Source: a virus (lineage: Duplodnaviria; Caudoviricetes). Taken from it: 53,555 nt of DNA. The notes beneath the pieces were generated by a model. It was not told the DNA's origin. It did no database searches and saw only the letters and a list, made by a program, of their open reading frames with translations. How positions within the stretch are numbered: the stretch's first letter is position 1; each line of letters starts with the position of its first letter. The DNA lies in the IMG/VR virus record IMGVR_UViG_3300010935_000132, positions 1 through 53,555 of that record; one strand, written 5' to 3'. The position numbers were made by a program, and so were the translations under genes. Positions 1-9,136 of this stretch are shown here, piece by piece.

Positions 1-252
1 AAAGGTGAATTAAACTATAATTTTAAAGGATATTATTGCACTCCTAATGGTATATACTCATCAGCATTAGAAGCTAGCAAGTATATACCATTAGGAGATT
101 CTGCAATAAAAAAATATTGCAAGAATAATAAAAAGACTTTAACTAAATGTGGAGAAAAGCGTAGTCATTATTTTACATTTAATGATGTAGGAAAATCATT
201 CAGTGAACTAGGCTTCTCATTTAACCCCGTAGCTTGTGCATCACTTTCTTAA
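1..252 (+). CDS. 3' end of a probable free-standing homing endonuclease (partial, runs off the window start)
   Basis: Frame 1 is open from base 1 to TAA at 250-252: KGELNYNFKGYYCTPNGIYSSALEASKY...GKSFSELGFSF. This resembles the NUMOD/HTH-type C-terminal DNA-binding tails of T4-type Seg/Mob endonucleases. It overlaps the 3' end of rnh convergently. Confidence 0.65.
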   Translation, partial: KGELNYNFKGYYCTPNGIYSSALEASKYIPLGDSAIKKYCKNNKKTLTKCGEKRSHYFTFNDVGKSFSELGFSFNPVACASLS

Positions 253-712
253 CAGGTGCATATTGGTCGGCATATGGAAGTAGCTGCAACAAATCCCTAT
301 CATTTGACACAATCAGAATCTTTTCACGTGTATGATACTTACGCGCCAATGCTGCAATTGTATCATCAGCTTCAGCAAACTTAACACGAATAACCTTAAA
401 TGGAAAAATTGTATCCATTTCATCTACTAGATTATTCACCCACGTATAGATAGTATCCCAGGGAATTTTGTCGTCTTTAGTCTTTTTACGATTCTCTTTA
501 TATTCAGTTTGTACATCTTTGCGCCAATATGGTGCACAGTCAATACAAAGCACAAGTTCACCATAAGTTCCTTCAAAACGTACTTTATGTGAACGTAATG
601 AGTGTAGTATGGAATGCTTAAAGTATTCCTCTGTATAATCGTCCTTATGCATTGTTTTAATTTCGGCATGGACGTTCGCCATTGCGATTCCTGAAAAGTC
701 GACGAGTATGAT
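221..712 (-). CDS. rnh: RNase H / 5'-3' flap exonuclease, N-terminal fragment only
   Basis: Motifs ILVDFSGIA, LCID..YWRK, EADD and IVSNDRDLLQL match T4 Rnh. The frame extends upstream of the ATG at 682 to an ATC at 712 behind an AGGAG RBS. It stops at KLRG* before the H3TH (GD..D) region. Confidence 0.85.
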   Translation of the reverse strand: MILVDFSGIAMANVHAEIKTMHKDDYTEEYFKHSILHSLRSHKVRFEGTYGELVLCIDCAPYWRKDVQTEYKENRKKTKDDKIPWDTIYTWVNNLVDEMDTIFPFKVIRVKFAEADDTIAALARKYHTREKILIVSNDRDLLQLLPYADQYAPVKKVMHKLRG

Positions 713-971
713 AGTAATCTCCTAATGTATTCATAATTATTGGTTATCCTATTCCTTGTTAAATCTAATTTCAAGGAATTATTGTTTTTTCTTCTTATAT
801 GCTTTAATTTTAGCGAACACATCATACATAAAATTCTTATCTTCGTCGCTTAGTTTAAATATGCTCTAGTAGAATCTATCTCCACCTGTTATAGGGTCAA
901 CTCTAACAACCTTTGTAGTACACATATCACTAGGAAACGTTGATTTATAATGTATACATTTTCGACAAACT

Positions 972-1196
972 TTAAGCATTTCTCAACTCCATACTCCTTC
1001 TACTACTAACATTATGGCGGCTATCTCTTGCCATTTCTTTATTCAATAATTTAACATCAGACAAAGCTGCATAATTTCCACCACATGAATGCACGCGCAT
1101 AGTGGATGCCTTAGATAGGTGGTTACATTTAGGACAGCGCACAAGTATTTTTGTGCTATGATTTTGCCCATCGTAAAATGGATATTCTTTAGCCAT
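972..1196 (-). CDS. small hypothetical protein with a CxxC motif
   Basis: ORF overlaps the gp52 stop; RCPKC...HSC. Confidence 0.55.
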   Translation of the reverse strand: MAKEYPFYDGQNHSTKILVRCPKCNHLSKASTMRVHSCGGNYAALSDVKLLNKEMARDSRHNVSSRRSMELRNA

Positions 1197-2526
1197 CTTT
1201 AGACACTTCCTTTAATTCACTCAAATACTGTTCTTTGAAATTTACATTGCGCCACATAATAACGTCTTTGTCTAATAAATCAATCTCTGATTTCAATGAT
1301 AATATTTCATCAACACAGAAAGAGCCAATGTTAATCTTCAATAGGCGCGAACCATGCTTAAATTTAAGACCAATAAGTTCATCTAATAATATTGCTGATG
1401 ACTTACCTTTAAGCTTAATCTTATCATTAACTACCAACATGATAAACCTGCCACGCTCCATTAGCCATTCTCGACGCACCAATGCCTCTAGAATCAATTT
1501 TTCGTACCGTTCCGCATACATTGTATACCTGAAGTCACAGAAGCCCTTTAGGATGTCTATGCTGCTCTCAAAGATTTTAAGATTTCCATCCTCATCAATA
1601 ACTGTCAAATTCTCATTCAGGTTACGCTTAAGTTTAAACATGGTGATAATTTTAGCATCGGTCAGGTTATGACCTCTTGGTAAAGTTACGATAAACTCAA
1701 ATGTGTCTGAACACTTATCAATGTAGCTGATAATCTTTCCATCCAACTTAAGCTTATTGAGAACACCACGCATAATACCTTTTGGTGTCGTGTAACCAAT
1801 ATAGGATTTCATATCGAAACCAATTGGAACTTCTGTGATATGAAGCTTGGTTGGTGTTGTTAGTTTGTACGTGCCATATGATACCCATTTATCATCTTCT
1901 CTAACAATTTTACCTGTATAGCTTGGGTATGATGGTTTTAAATCTTCTTCTGTTATTTCTTCACCACTCAAATACTTAACACACGCCTTAGCTAAGTCTT
2001 TAGGGTCGTGGGCTAGAATATCTGTTGCAAACCCTGTAGCAATACCTGATATACCATTAACCAATACCCATGGGATAATTGGAAGGTAATATTTTGGCTC
2101 AGGGTTTTCGGGGTCAATTTGCTTAGGTGCTAAGTTTGAATCAGAAAACCACTTATCCATTTCCTTTTTATTGAACTTAACTGATGTGTATCGTGTTGCT
2201 GCAGCTTCAGGTACAAGGCGTGAACCAAATGAACCTTCACCTTTAAGCATACACACATTATTATTGTAATCAGCCGCAAGTTTATTAACTGCATCTTCCA
2301 TACTCGCACTACCATGATGATAGTTTGATGATAGGATTGCAGCACCTGCAAATGAAAATGTCTTGGATAGGCTTGTAGATGACCCTAGAGCAGAATAAAA
2401 CACCTTACGATGTACAGGCTTGAAACCATCAATCAATGATGGAATAGCACGTGAGTAAATCGTATATAATGAAAAGTCTTTTACCGATGAATTGAGTAGG
2501 TCTGATATTGCAATTTTATCTACCAT
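1189..2526 (-). CDS. 52: DNA topoisomerase II medium (GyrA-like) subunit
   Basis: RAIPSLIDGFKPVHRK, YHHG, GSFGSR and AATRY (catalytic Tyr). Confidence 0.95.
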   Translation of the reverse strand: MVDKIAISDLLNSSVKDFSLYTIYSRAIPSLIDGFKPVHRKVFYSALGSSTSLSKTFSFAGAAILSSNYHHGSASMEDAVNKLAADYNNNVCMLKGEGSFGSRLVPEAAATRYTSVKFNKKEMDKWFSDSNLAPKQIDPENPEPKYYLPIIPWVLVNGISGIATGFATDILAHDPKDLAKACVKYLSGEEITEEDLKPSYPSYTGKIVREDDKWVSYGTYKLTTPTKLHITEVPIGFDMKSYIGYTTPKGIMRGVLNKLKLDGKIISYIDKCSDTFEFIVTLPRGHNLTDAKIITMFKLKRNLNENLTVIDEDGNLKIFESSIDILKGFCDFRYTMYAERYEKLILEALVRREWLMERGRFIMLVVNDKIKLKGKSSAILLDELIGLKFKHGSRLLKINIGSFCVDEILSLKSEIDLLDKDVIMWRNVNFKEQYLSELKEVSKDG

Positions 2527-2623
2527 CTAAATCTAAGCCTTCTTAATTTCTGCGCTATAGACTCTTTGGGTCTAAGAACTTTTATAACAGTTTCAAGTTC
2601 CTCAATACGCATCTGTAAATTAG

Positions 2624-3115
2624 TCATATGGCTACTACTTGGTAGCGTACTACCGTACTCCACTTAATATCGCATACAGGCATCACTTCAAATGTGCCAT
2701 CCTTACTACGTACTAAAACCATCTGTTCTTCTGTTAATTCATCAGGGCGCATACCATTACAAAACTGTGGCTGTGATGGGTGGATTGTACAATGTGCGGT
2801 ATGACCATAATCTGAATAAAAAGGTGTATCACAACACCAACCATTTTCACGGAATCCAAACCCATTAATACCTTTTAGTTTAGCAATACGCTCACCCCAA
2901 AGTGTACTCACTACACAGATAAGCCCTTCAGATATAACCAGTTCCCATTGTTCCAAGGTGAGTCCATCATATAGCTTAGGTGCTGATTTATCAGCAAGCC
3001 ACTTATCATAACCAACTCGATGTATACTCAAGCAATTCTGTGCATATGCTATAGCATGCTCTTTAATTTCTTCAGGTGTCATCCTTCTTTTCTCCTTAAT
3101 TAACACACAATCCAA
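2624..3115 (-). CDS. hypothetical protein
   Basis: ORF on the coding strand; likely start at MTPEE behind an AGGAG RBS. Confidence 0.6.
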   Translation of the reverse strand: MDCVLIKEKRRMTPEEIKEHAIAYAQNCLSIHRVGYDKWLADKSAPKLYDGLTLEQWELVISEGLICVVSTLWGERIAKLKGINGFGFRENGWCCDTPFYSDYGHTAHCTIHPSQPQFCNGMRPDELTEEQMVLVRSKDGTFEVMPVCDIKWSTVVRYQVVAI

Positions 3116-3444
3116 TAGAATTTACATATTCAACTAACCTTGATGTTAAGGTAACCAAATAATGACGTGAGTGCTGTTTACGTTCAAATGTACCTACTAT
3201 CTACTATATCACCATCAACGGTTAAATGCCACTAGCAAGCCATCAAACATACTTACTTCGTATCCTTTTTTGGTCTATATCTTCATACCGTTTTGCATGT
3301 TCACTCATTTCAGAAAAGGATGTAGGCATTTCAATCACAAAGGAACTAATAGGATGTGGTGTATCGATAACTTCTATTGCGCCATCTTCGCTCATCAGGC
3401 GTTGCCACTCGACTATCTATTTTTTAATGGTTTCGTGTTGCTCA

Positions 3445-3792
3445 TTACTCTAACAAATCTGTGATTTTTGAACTATAATCATAAATAGATAATGTACCAT
3501 TAGGGGTAATCTTAAATGTTACATAGTCAAGTTCAATAATGATACTTTCTTCCTCATCATCAGAATCTGCTTGTGAGCGATAGATATCTTTAACATCTTC
3601 TGTAGATAGCTTGAATGATTCATCACGTTCAGCGATGGATAGTTGATAAACATCTACGCTTGCCTCACATCCAGGATATTGTGCATCTGGACCAGTTTCC
3701 GCAGCTTCTGCAGGTTGATATAATACAGTTGCATCTAGCTTGATATCGTGGTCAAATAGGTCGACCCAAATTGTTTCAATTGATTGTGACAT
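3445..3792 (-). CDS. hypothetical acidic early protein
   Basis: ORF preceded by the GAACGGAGA leader and an early promoter. Confidence 0.7.
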   Translation of the reverse strand: MSQSIETIWVDLFDHDIKLDATVLYQPAEAAETGPDAQYPGCEASVDVYQLSIAERDESFKLSTEDVKDIYRSQADSDDEEESIIIELDYVTFKITPNGTLSIYDYSSKITDLLE

Positions 3793-3800
3793 GTTAATAT

Positions 3801-3854
3801 TCTCCGTTCGATGTTTGATGTGTCGAATTATAAGGTGGCTAAAACTAATTGCAA
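3801..3854 (-). promoter_or_regulatory. sigma70-type early promoter plus conserved GAACGGAGA RBS leader
   Basis: Minus strand TTGCAA-N16-TATAAT (3854-3827), then GAACGGAGA at 3809-3801; repeated at several sites. Confidence 0.8.
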
Positions 3855-3858
3855 GCTT

Positions 3859-4239
3859 TTATTTTTTGTTAAGTTCATCACTCAACAATTTTACAGCTAA
3901 GGCTACTGCTTGGATACGTGATAATCCATCATCCATACCAACAACAGCATTATGACTAATATCATTCCATGATACATACCATCGCGCACCCGTATAATAT
4001 TTTCGGGTGCATCGAATCTCTATACCATGATTCTCAGCCAAAACAATAGTAACATCACGTTCATCTTCGGCAAATTCAATATTGAATATTCTTGCAGTTT
4101 TAATTGCTGTATTTACAGCAACCAAATCTAGACCATCAAAATCTTCATCTTCAAGACCTCTGATGTCTGTACCTGTCCAAAGAAAAGGCTTAAGACCACA
4201 TAGCTTAGCAGCATCCATATTTGTTTTTGTATCAATCAT
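3859..4239 (-). CDS. hypothetical protein
   Basis: ORF coupled to the upstream gene by an ATGA overlap. Confidence 0.7.
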   Translation of the reverse strand: MIDTKTNMDAAKLCGLKPFLWTGTDIRGLEDEDFDGLDLVAVNTAIKTARIFNIEFAEDERDVTIVLAENHGIEIRCTRKYYTGARWYVSWNDISHNAVVGMDDGLSRIQAVALAVKLLSDELNKK

Positions 4240-4499
4240 ACTAAATCCAATGATGCTTGAGATTCTGCAATAATCAATTCATACTCAGCATGGACACCAG
4301 GATTTCCCAAACGATTAATATGTGTGCGCTCATGTGTAAAGATATTAAATCCTTCAGCACGTAGATTGTAGATGATAGCGGATAGTCGTGTTATACCATA
4401 ATCAGACCATGCATCGTTTGATGTAATCATCCTACCTTGTAGTAGGTGGTCGCATACCAAATCTTTCTGTGTTAGTTTCTTCTTACCGAATTTATTCAT
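4236..4499 (-). CDS. helix-turn-helix DNA-binding protein (HTH_39-like)
   Basis: HLLQGRMITSNDAWSDYGITRLSAIIYNLRAEGFNI is typical of this phage HTH family. Confidence 0.8.
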   Translation of the reverse strand: MNKFGKKKLTQKDLVCDHLLQGRMITSNDAWSDYGITRLSAIIYNLRAEGFNIFTHERTHINRLGNPGVHAEYELIIAESQASLDLV

Positions 4500-4507
4500 C
4501 GTGATAT

Positions 4508-4566
4508 TCTCCGTTCAAATATTTTGTTCCTGAAGCGAATTATAACGTGGTGAAAACTAATTGCAA
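4508..4566 (-). promoter_or_regulatory. early promoter plus GAACGGAGA leader
   Basis: TTGCAA(4566-4561)-N16-TATAAT(4544-4539); GAACGGAGA at 4516-4508. Confidence 0.8.
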
Positions 4567-4567
4567 C

Positions 4568-4603
4568 AAAAAAAAAAAGCACGCCAAATTAATGACGTGC
4601 TTT
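4568..4603 (-). terminator. rho-independent terminator
   Basis: Minus strand AAAGCACGTC-loop-GGCGTGC followed by an 11-nt T run. Confidence 0.85.
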
Positions 4604-4633
4604 CTAGTAGCATTCCTTGTCGGGTTAGCTAAC

Positions 4634-4993
4634 TTATTTTGTTAAGAATGCAACCTTACATGCATCATACACATTACCACTTTTAAGCATTGTGCCTAAA
4701 TCTTCTTGTGCGCGTGCAAAGGTCAACCAATCAACACCATTACCTGATGCAGCTAATGCCAACTGAATCAACGAACGTGCGCCATGACCATCAGTTAGAT
4801 GCATTTCGCCTCTATCTTTCCACCATTCCGCAAATTTAGCTTCATCAACAACAGCAACAGGTTCTACTACCTTTGGTTCTACAACTTCAACAGGTGCATC
4901 AGCGACAGGTTCTACAGGTGCATCAACAACAACAGGTTCATCAGCAACAGGTTCTACTACCTTGGGTTCTACAACTTTTTTTGGACGTGCCAT
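4634..4993 (-). CDS. late hypothetical protein with V/E/P-rich repeats
   Basis: VVEPKVVEPVA repeated (4854-4887 and 4944-4977); AGGAG RBS; late promoter TATAAATA at 5029-5022. Confidence 0.75.
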   Translation of the reverse strand: MARPKKVVEPKVVEPVADEPVVVDAPVEPVADAPVEVVEPKVVEPVAVVDEAKFAEWWKDRGEMHLTDGHGARSLIQLALAASGNGVDWLTFARAQEDLGTMLKSGNVYDACKVAFLTK

Positions 4994-5024
4994 AATTTAA
5001 TTCTCCTAAGCGTTTATACGCTAT

Positions 5025-5648
5025 TTATATATTTTCTGACTCTGACAATATTTTGTGATGCATTTTACATATGAAATATGCATCGGCAATATCATCTATT
5101 GGGCTTGGTATCTTATCCATAGAGTGTTTGATTGGACAAAAAGGTAACTCAAACAAATCATACAAATTGATACCAACTTCTGCATGAAATCTATCTACCA
5201 TCTGATGCTTTTTAGCAGCACCTTTACCCTTGGCATTATCAAAAGCAAATTTCTTAACTTCCCCTGGGGAAGGCGTACCACTTTGTGCTATGCTATTCTT
5301 AAATAATTGAGACTTTAGAATACCTGCATTTTCTCCTAACTGAAATACTTGACCATTACCACTAAAGGAATAACCTTCTATACAGTAACTTTCAGCACCA
5401 TGTAAGGTAATAAAGGATTCGCATGTTTCGGCTAGATATGTCATACGTTCAATACCAAAGACCTTAGCACCCATATTCTCAACCATATAGTATTGTGCAT
5501 TACCATACACAGGTTCAAAAGGTGTTCTTTTCTTAAATGATGGTATAGCAAGGAATTTGCACGTACTTGGTGTAAATTCCTTACCAATACCTGTATGGAC
5601 GCATACAGCAGGACTGCTAATTGAGTAGTCTATACCACATGAAATCAT
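5025..5648 (-). CDS. RuvC-like Holliday junction resolvase
   Basis: GIDYS, IEGYSF, QLGENAGILK and DDIADAY acidic catalytic motifs. Confidence 0.85.
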   Translation of the reverse strand: MISCGIDYSISSPAVCVHTGIGKEFTPSTCKFLAIPSFKKRTPFEPVYGNAQYYMVENMGAKVFGIERMTYLAETCESFITLHGAESYCIEGYSFSGNGQVFQLGENAGILKSQLFKNSIAQSGTPSPGEVKKFAFDNAKGKGAAKKHQMVDRFHAEVGINLYDLFELPFCPIKHSMDKIPSPIDDIADAYFICKMHHKILSESENI

Positions 5649-5806
5649 TCAGCTTCGCCTTCATCTTCATGATATACTTCAATCCCTTCCTCACCACAAT
5701 TCATACAAAATTTAATACCTTTTGCATTTGATGCATTTGCAATATACACAGTTTCATTACACTCTGTACACTCGCATCTGATGTGTTCTGTACCATTTAT
5801 TGACAT
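5645..5806 (-). CDS. small zinc-ribbon protein (53 aa, not in the ORF track)
   Basis: MSINGTEHIRCECTECNETVY...KFCMNCGEEG...; GAGGA RBS; ATGA overlap with the RuvC gene. Confidence 0.75.
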   Translation of the reverse strand: MSINGTEHIRCECTECNETVYIANASNAKGIKFCMNCGEEGIEVYHEDEGEAE

Positions 5807-5830
5807 CTTAATTCCTCTTCTTTATTGGTG

Positions 5831-7432
5831 TTATTTAGTGTTGTTATACACCCACTTAGTAACACCACAGTCATATATTCTATAATATCCTCTTTCATTC
5901 ATTATTTCCTTTTCTGTTTTATTTTCATCATAGCCTTGTCTGACTAGAATATGTTTCATACATTGGCTTCTGCTTAAAGTGTCATCACTATCCTTAGTGT
6001 TGAAATACCTGTATGATGCAGGGCTTACACTATGAAATGTAAATCCTATCTTCTCATAGGTCTTTCCTAATCCATACGCATTATCAGAATATGATAGTAT
6101 AGAAGCGTGTGCATGACTTTTCTTGAAGTGTGATAACATCTTGCTAACACCACCAACAACACTCAATCCAATTTTAGTACAGCTTCTTATAATCTCATAA
6201 TCATAAGATTTATCATACCTTGGTTTTTTGAATGTCATGCACCCAATCAACTCACCATTTAAAAACATACCAACATAATCAGATGACCCACAAAACCCTT
6301 GAATATGATTATCATTAATAAATTTAGAGGCAGTCTTAGAATCAATGTTTATACATGATGTTTTTCTAGCGTATATTCTTTCGCTCATGCCTAACATGTT
6401 CAATAGCCTACCCTTAACAATATCCTTTTTGTTGCTCCACATAGTATCAAAAATAGTAATCAATGTTACACCTTTATCAGCACACATTTGCCACTTCATT
6501 TGATGATATTTCTTATCCCTGTTGGTTTGTTTATTATCAGGTGAATGCCAATAAGAACCGCAAAATTCAATAGCAATCTTTAGTTCAGGTAAAAATATAT
6601 CCAACTCATAAGGTGCGATTAGTTTTCTATCACCACTTCTAATCTTTCCTTTGTAGTTACTCTTTATAAAATTCAATAGACCAAGTTCGGTGCGTGATTT
6701 ACAATACCAAGTTCCTTTTGGTTTAATTATGTTATGCCTTTTCATGAATCCGTCTAGGATTTCTACCGTAACATCTAATAACTCACATGTATGAGTGAAT
6801 GTTAAATTATCTAGCATGTCTTGTAGTTTAGAGGACATACACAAATCGTATGTATATTGACCCTGTTTCTCTATGAACTCTTTATCCAATCTAGCAAGTT
6901 GTTTATCCATATCCTGCATAGATTGACCATACTTTTCTCTTTTTGCAGAAACAATTTTAGAAAACCTAGAAGTCTTTTCTCCTTCCGTCAAAGACTCATG
7001 AAAATCCTTTCTTTTCTTTATAGCGTTTGGGGTTGTTCCATTTTTAAAAGATTCTTTATCTTTAGCCCTACATGAGCAAGAACAATATTCATAATAACCA
7101 TGTGAAATTTGTTTGAATGCTGTATCTTTATCACACACAGCACATACACCTTTTTTATTCCCTAGAGCTAGGTATAGTTCTTCGCCTTCCCATTCTGTTA
7201 TATTCATTCTTTTTAGTAAAGGTTTGTAGGACTTTGGGTAAGTATTATATATTATTATCAACTGTTCTTTTTTTGATAACTGACCATCTACTAATAATAG
7301 GCTATCTAATCGAATATCGGTCATGTCTTTGCCAAACTTATTCTTTATTTTTGTCAAGACTTTTGATGTGGTTAAATTGTATTTGCTTGCTAACTGACCT
7401 AGTGATAGTTTTAGTATGTCATTAATTTCCAT
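5831..7432 (-). CDS. Hef-like free-standing homing endonuclease (Vsr/EDxHD-like nuclease plus C-terminal GNAT-like domain)
   Basis: YELDIFLPELKIAIEFCGSYWHS nuclease motif; IYARKT...NHIQG...VVGGVSKML...SYSDN...YEKIGF...YDCG C-terminal domain; lies next to nrdB. Confidence 0.8.
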   Translation of the reverse strand: MEINDILKLSLGQLASKYNLTTSKVLTKIKNKFGKDMTDIRLDSLLLVDGQLSKKEQLIIIYNTYPKSYKPLLKRMNITEWEGEELYLALGNKKGVCAVCDKDTAFKQISHGYYEYCSCSCRAKDKESFKNGTTPNAIKKRKDFHESLTEGEKTSRFSKIVSAKREKYGQSMQDMDKQLARLDKEFIEKQGQYTYDLCMSSKLQDMLDNLTFTHTCELLDVTVEILDGFMKRHNIIKPKGTWYCKSRTELGLLNFIKSNYKGKIRSGDRKLIAPYELDIFLPELKIAIEFCGSYWHSPDNKQTNRDKKYHQMKWQMCADKGVTLITIFDTMWSNKKDIVKGRLLNMLGMSERIYARKTSCINIDSKTASKFINDNHIQGFCGSSDYVGMFLNGELIGCMTFKKPRYDKSYDYEIIRSCTKIGLSVVGGVSKMLSHFKKSHAHASILSYSDNAYGLGKTYEKIGFTFHSVSPASYRYFNTKDSDDTLSRSQCMKHILVRQGYDENKTEKEIMNERGYYRIYDCGVTKWVYNNTK

Positions 7433-7440
7433 AGTATCTA

Positions 7441-7526
7441 TTTAGTATAATAATTTTTTAGGTGTTGTTATAACAATAATAATTATATCATATAACAACA
7501 CCTAAATATTAAATAATTATACTAAA
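7441..7526. repeat. long AT-rich inverted repeat upstream of the Hef-like gene
   Basis: tttaggtgttgttata (7457-7472) / tataacaacacctaaa (7491-7506), plus outer arms 7441-7451 / 7516-7526. Confidence 0.85.
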
Positions 7527-7553
7527 TTATGTAACCTATTGATAAACTTGACT

Positions 7554-8522
7554 TTAATCCCATACATCATCCCATTTACCACTCATACCGCCCTTTGAAT
7601 ACGATGTTACAGCTACTTCAAAGAAATTCTCATGTGCAGGAAGCCCTACAAGTTCATCAAACCAAGTCATAGGGTTGGTTACATTATATTCCTTTTTAAA
7701 GCCCATCATAGTTAAACGACGGTCAATGAGGTATTGGATATACTGCTTAACATCTTCCTTATTGATGCCTTCAAGAGTATATTGGTCAAATGCTAGGTCG
7801 ATAAACTTAGCTTCAAGGTTGTAGGTATTCCTAGCCATGTCGTAGATGGACTTTTTGAAATCATCGGTAGCAATACGTGGGTGTTCATCCATATACTCTC
7901 TGAAGAGGCGTACAAGCCCTTCACAATGGAATTGCTCATCAAGGATAGACCATGTATTGATTTCACACATGCCTTGCATTTTACCACGGCGTTGAAAGTT
8001 CAAAAGCATCACGAACGAACCAAACAATGATACGCCTTCTGCAAAGATATTTTTGCATAGTGCTTGTGCCTTACCTGTTTGAGTTGATACATCACAATCT
8101 TTCCAAAAGTCAATCTTATCTGACATTTCTTTATACTCTAGAAAGGCAGTAAATTCGCTGTCAGGCAAGTTTAACGTTTCAATCAATGCAGCATAAGCAC
8201 GCTGATGGATTCCTTCACGTGCGGCGAACGACATCAGCATATTCTGAATTTCATTGTTCTTGAATGTTGGTAGCAAGAATGTGGTATAATTGCTTCCAAC
8301 CTGAACATCTGATTGGGTGAATAATTTAAGGACTTGAGTAATGAAACCCACTTCATCCTTGGTTAGATTCATCTGCCAATCCTTAACATCCTTGTCAAGA
8401 GATACTTCACCATGAATCCAATGCATCTTTTCGTGGTTTTCTGCCATTTGCATAGCCCACGGATAAGCAAATGGCTTATATGATACGCTTTCTTTTAAAA
8501 CACTTGTTGTTTGTTCAGTCAT
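7554..8522 (-). CDS. nrdB: ribonucleotide reductase class I beta subunit
   Basis: YKPFAYPW, FTQSD, EGIHQRAY, EGVSLF, DEQFH and ENFFE di-iron/tyrosyl-radical motifs. Confidence 0.97.
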   Translation of the reverse strand: MTEQTTSVLKESVSYKPFAYPWAMQMAENHEKMHWIHGEVSLDKDVKDWQMNLTKDEVGFITQVLKLFTQSDVQVGSNYTTFLLPTFKNNEIQNMLMSFAAREGIHQRAYAALIETLNLPDSEFTAFLEYKEMSDKIDFWKDCDVSTQTGKAQALCKNIFAEGVSLFGSFVMLLNFQRRGKMQGMCEINTWSILDEQFHCEGLVRLFREYMDEHPRIATDDFKKSIYDMARNTYNLEAKFIDLAFDQYTLEGINKEDVKQYIQYLIDRRLTMMGFKKEYNVTNPMTWFDELVGLPAHENFFEVAVTSYSKGGMSGKWDDVWD

Positions 8523-8898
8523 AATAATAATTTTCTCCTAATTCGTTTAATTCTGTTACTACCATATCGTTTAACCCTCTAAGCTTCATATCAACCTCGT
8601 TTCTATCGCGACACACAATAAACCTAACCATTTTATCACCTAGATGATATTCATGTCTAGGTGTGTTTCTAGTTTTGTATAGTGATATATCATACTCAAC
8701 CGCAATATCTTTAAGCATAGTAAGCATCCATTCGATGTATTGTGTACATGGAACAACTATAGCCACATCCAGACCTAGCATAGTATAACCACAAACACAA
8801 TGTAAAAGATACGTTGTTTTTCCTGAACGTCTAGGTAATGCGATTCCATCCCGAATCGCATCACCTACTCTATGTAGCCTATCCAAATCAGTGTTCAT
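8515..8898 (-). CDS. small P-loop-containing hypothetical protein
   Basis: PRRSGKTT Walker-A-like motif resembling terminase/helicase ATPase N-termini; too short for a full ATPase. Confidence 0.6.
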   Translation of the reverse strand: MNTDLDRLHRVGDAIRDGIALPRRSGKTTYLLHCVCGYTMLGLDVAIVVPCTQYIEWMLTMLKDIAVEYDISLYKTRNTPRHEYHLGDKMVRFIVCRDRNEVDMKLRGLNDMVVTELNELGENYYYD

Positions 8899-9136
8899 TT
8901 CTAACCACCACCTGAAGGATTTTATTACCCAAAATAAGTGTATATGGAACTACAGATTTCTTGGCTAAAATCAACTGCCTTCTGAATCTCCAAAACAATA
9001 TTTCAGCTTCGTATGCATCCTTAGCGTAGCAGGTAACCAAAAGGTTACCTGCCTTGGTTAGTTGTTCGAGATACTCACCGATAAAGGATGAGTCTTCCTC
9101 TTTATAGATTTCGCTTACGCTGAGCATGCAACACAC
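8888..9136 (-). CDS. hypothetical protein
   Basis: ORF overlapping both neighbours inside the nrd operon. Confidence 0.5.
   Translation of the reverse strand: MCCMLSVSEIYKEEDSSFIGEYLEQLTKAGNLLVTCYAKDAYEAEILFWRFRRQLILAKKSVVPYTLILGNKILQVVVRNEH

Noticed and set aside
780-979. TAG read-through or stop-codon recoding (MLKVCRKC...RFY*SIFKLSDE...)
   Set aside because: TAG ends real genes here (gene 41, NrdA-N) and core genes have no internal TAG. This is more likely a short or decayed ORF.
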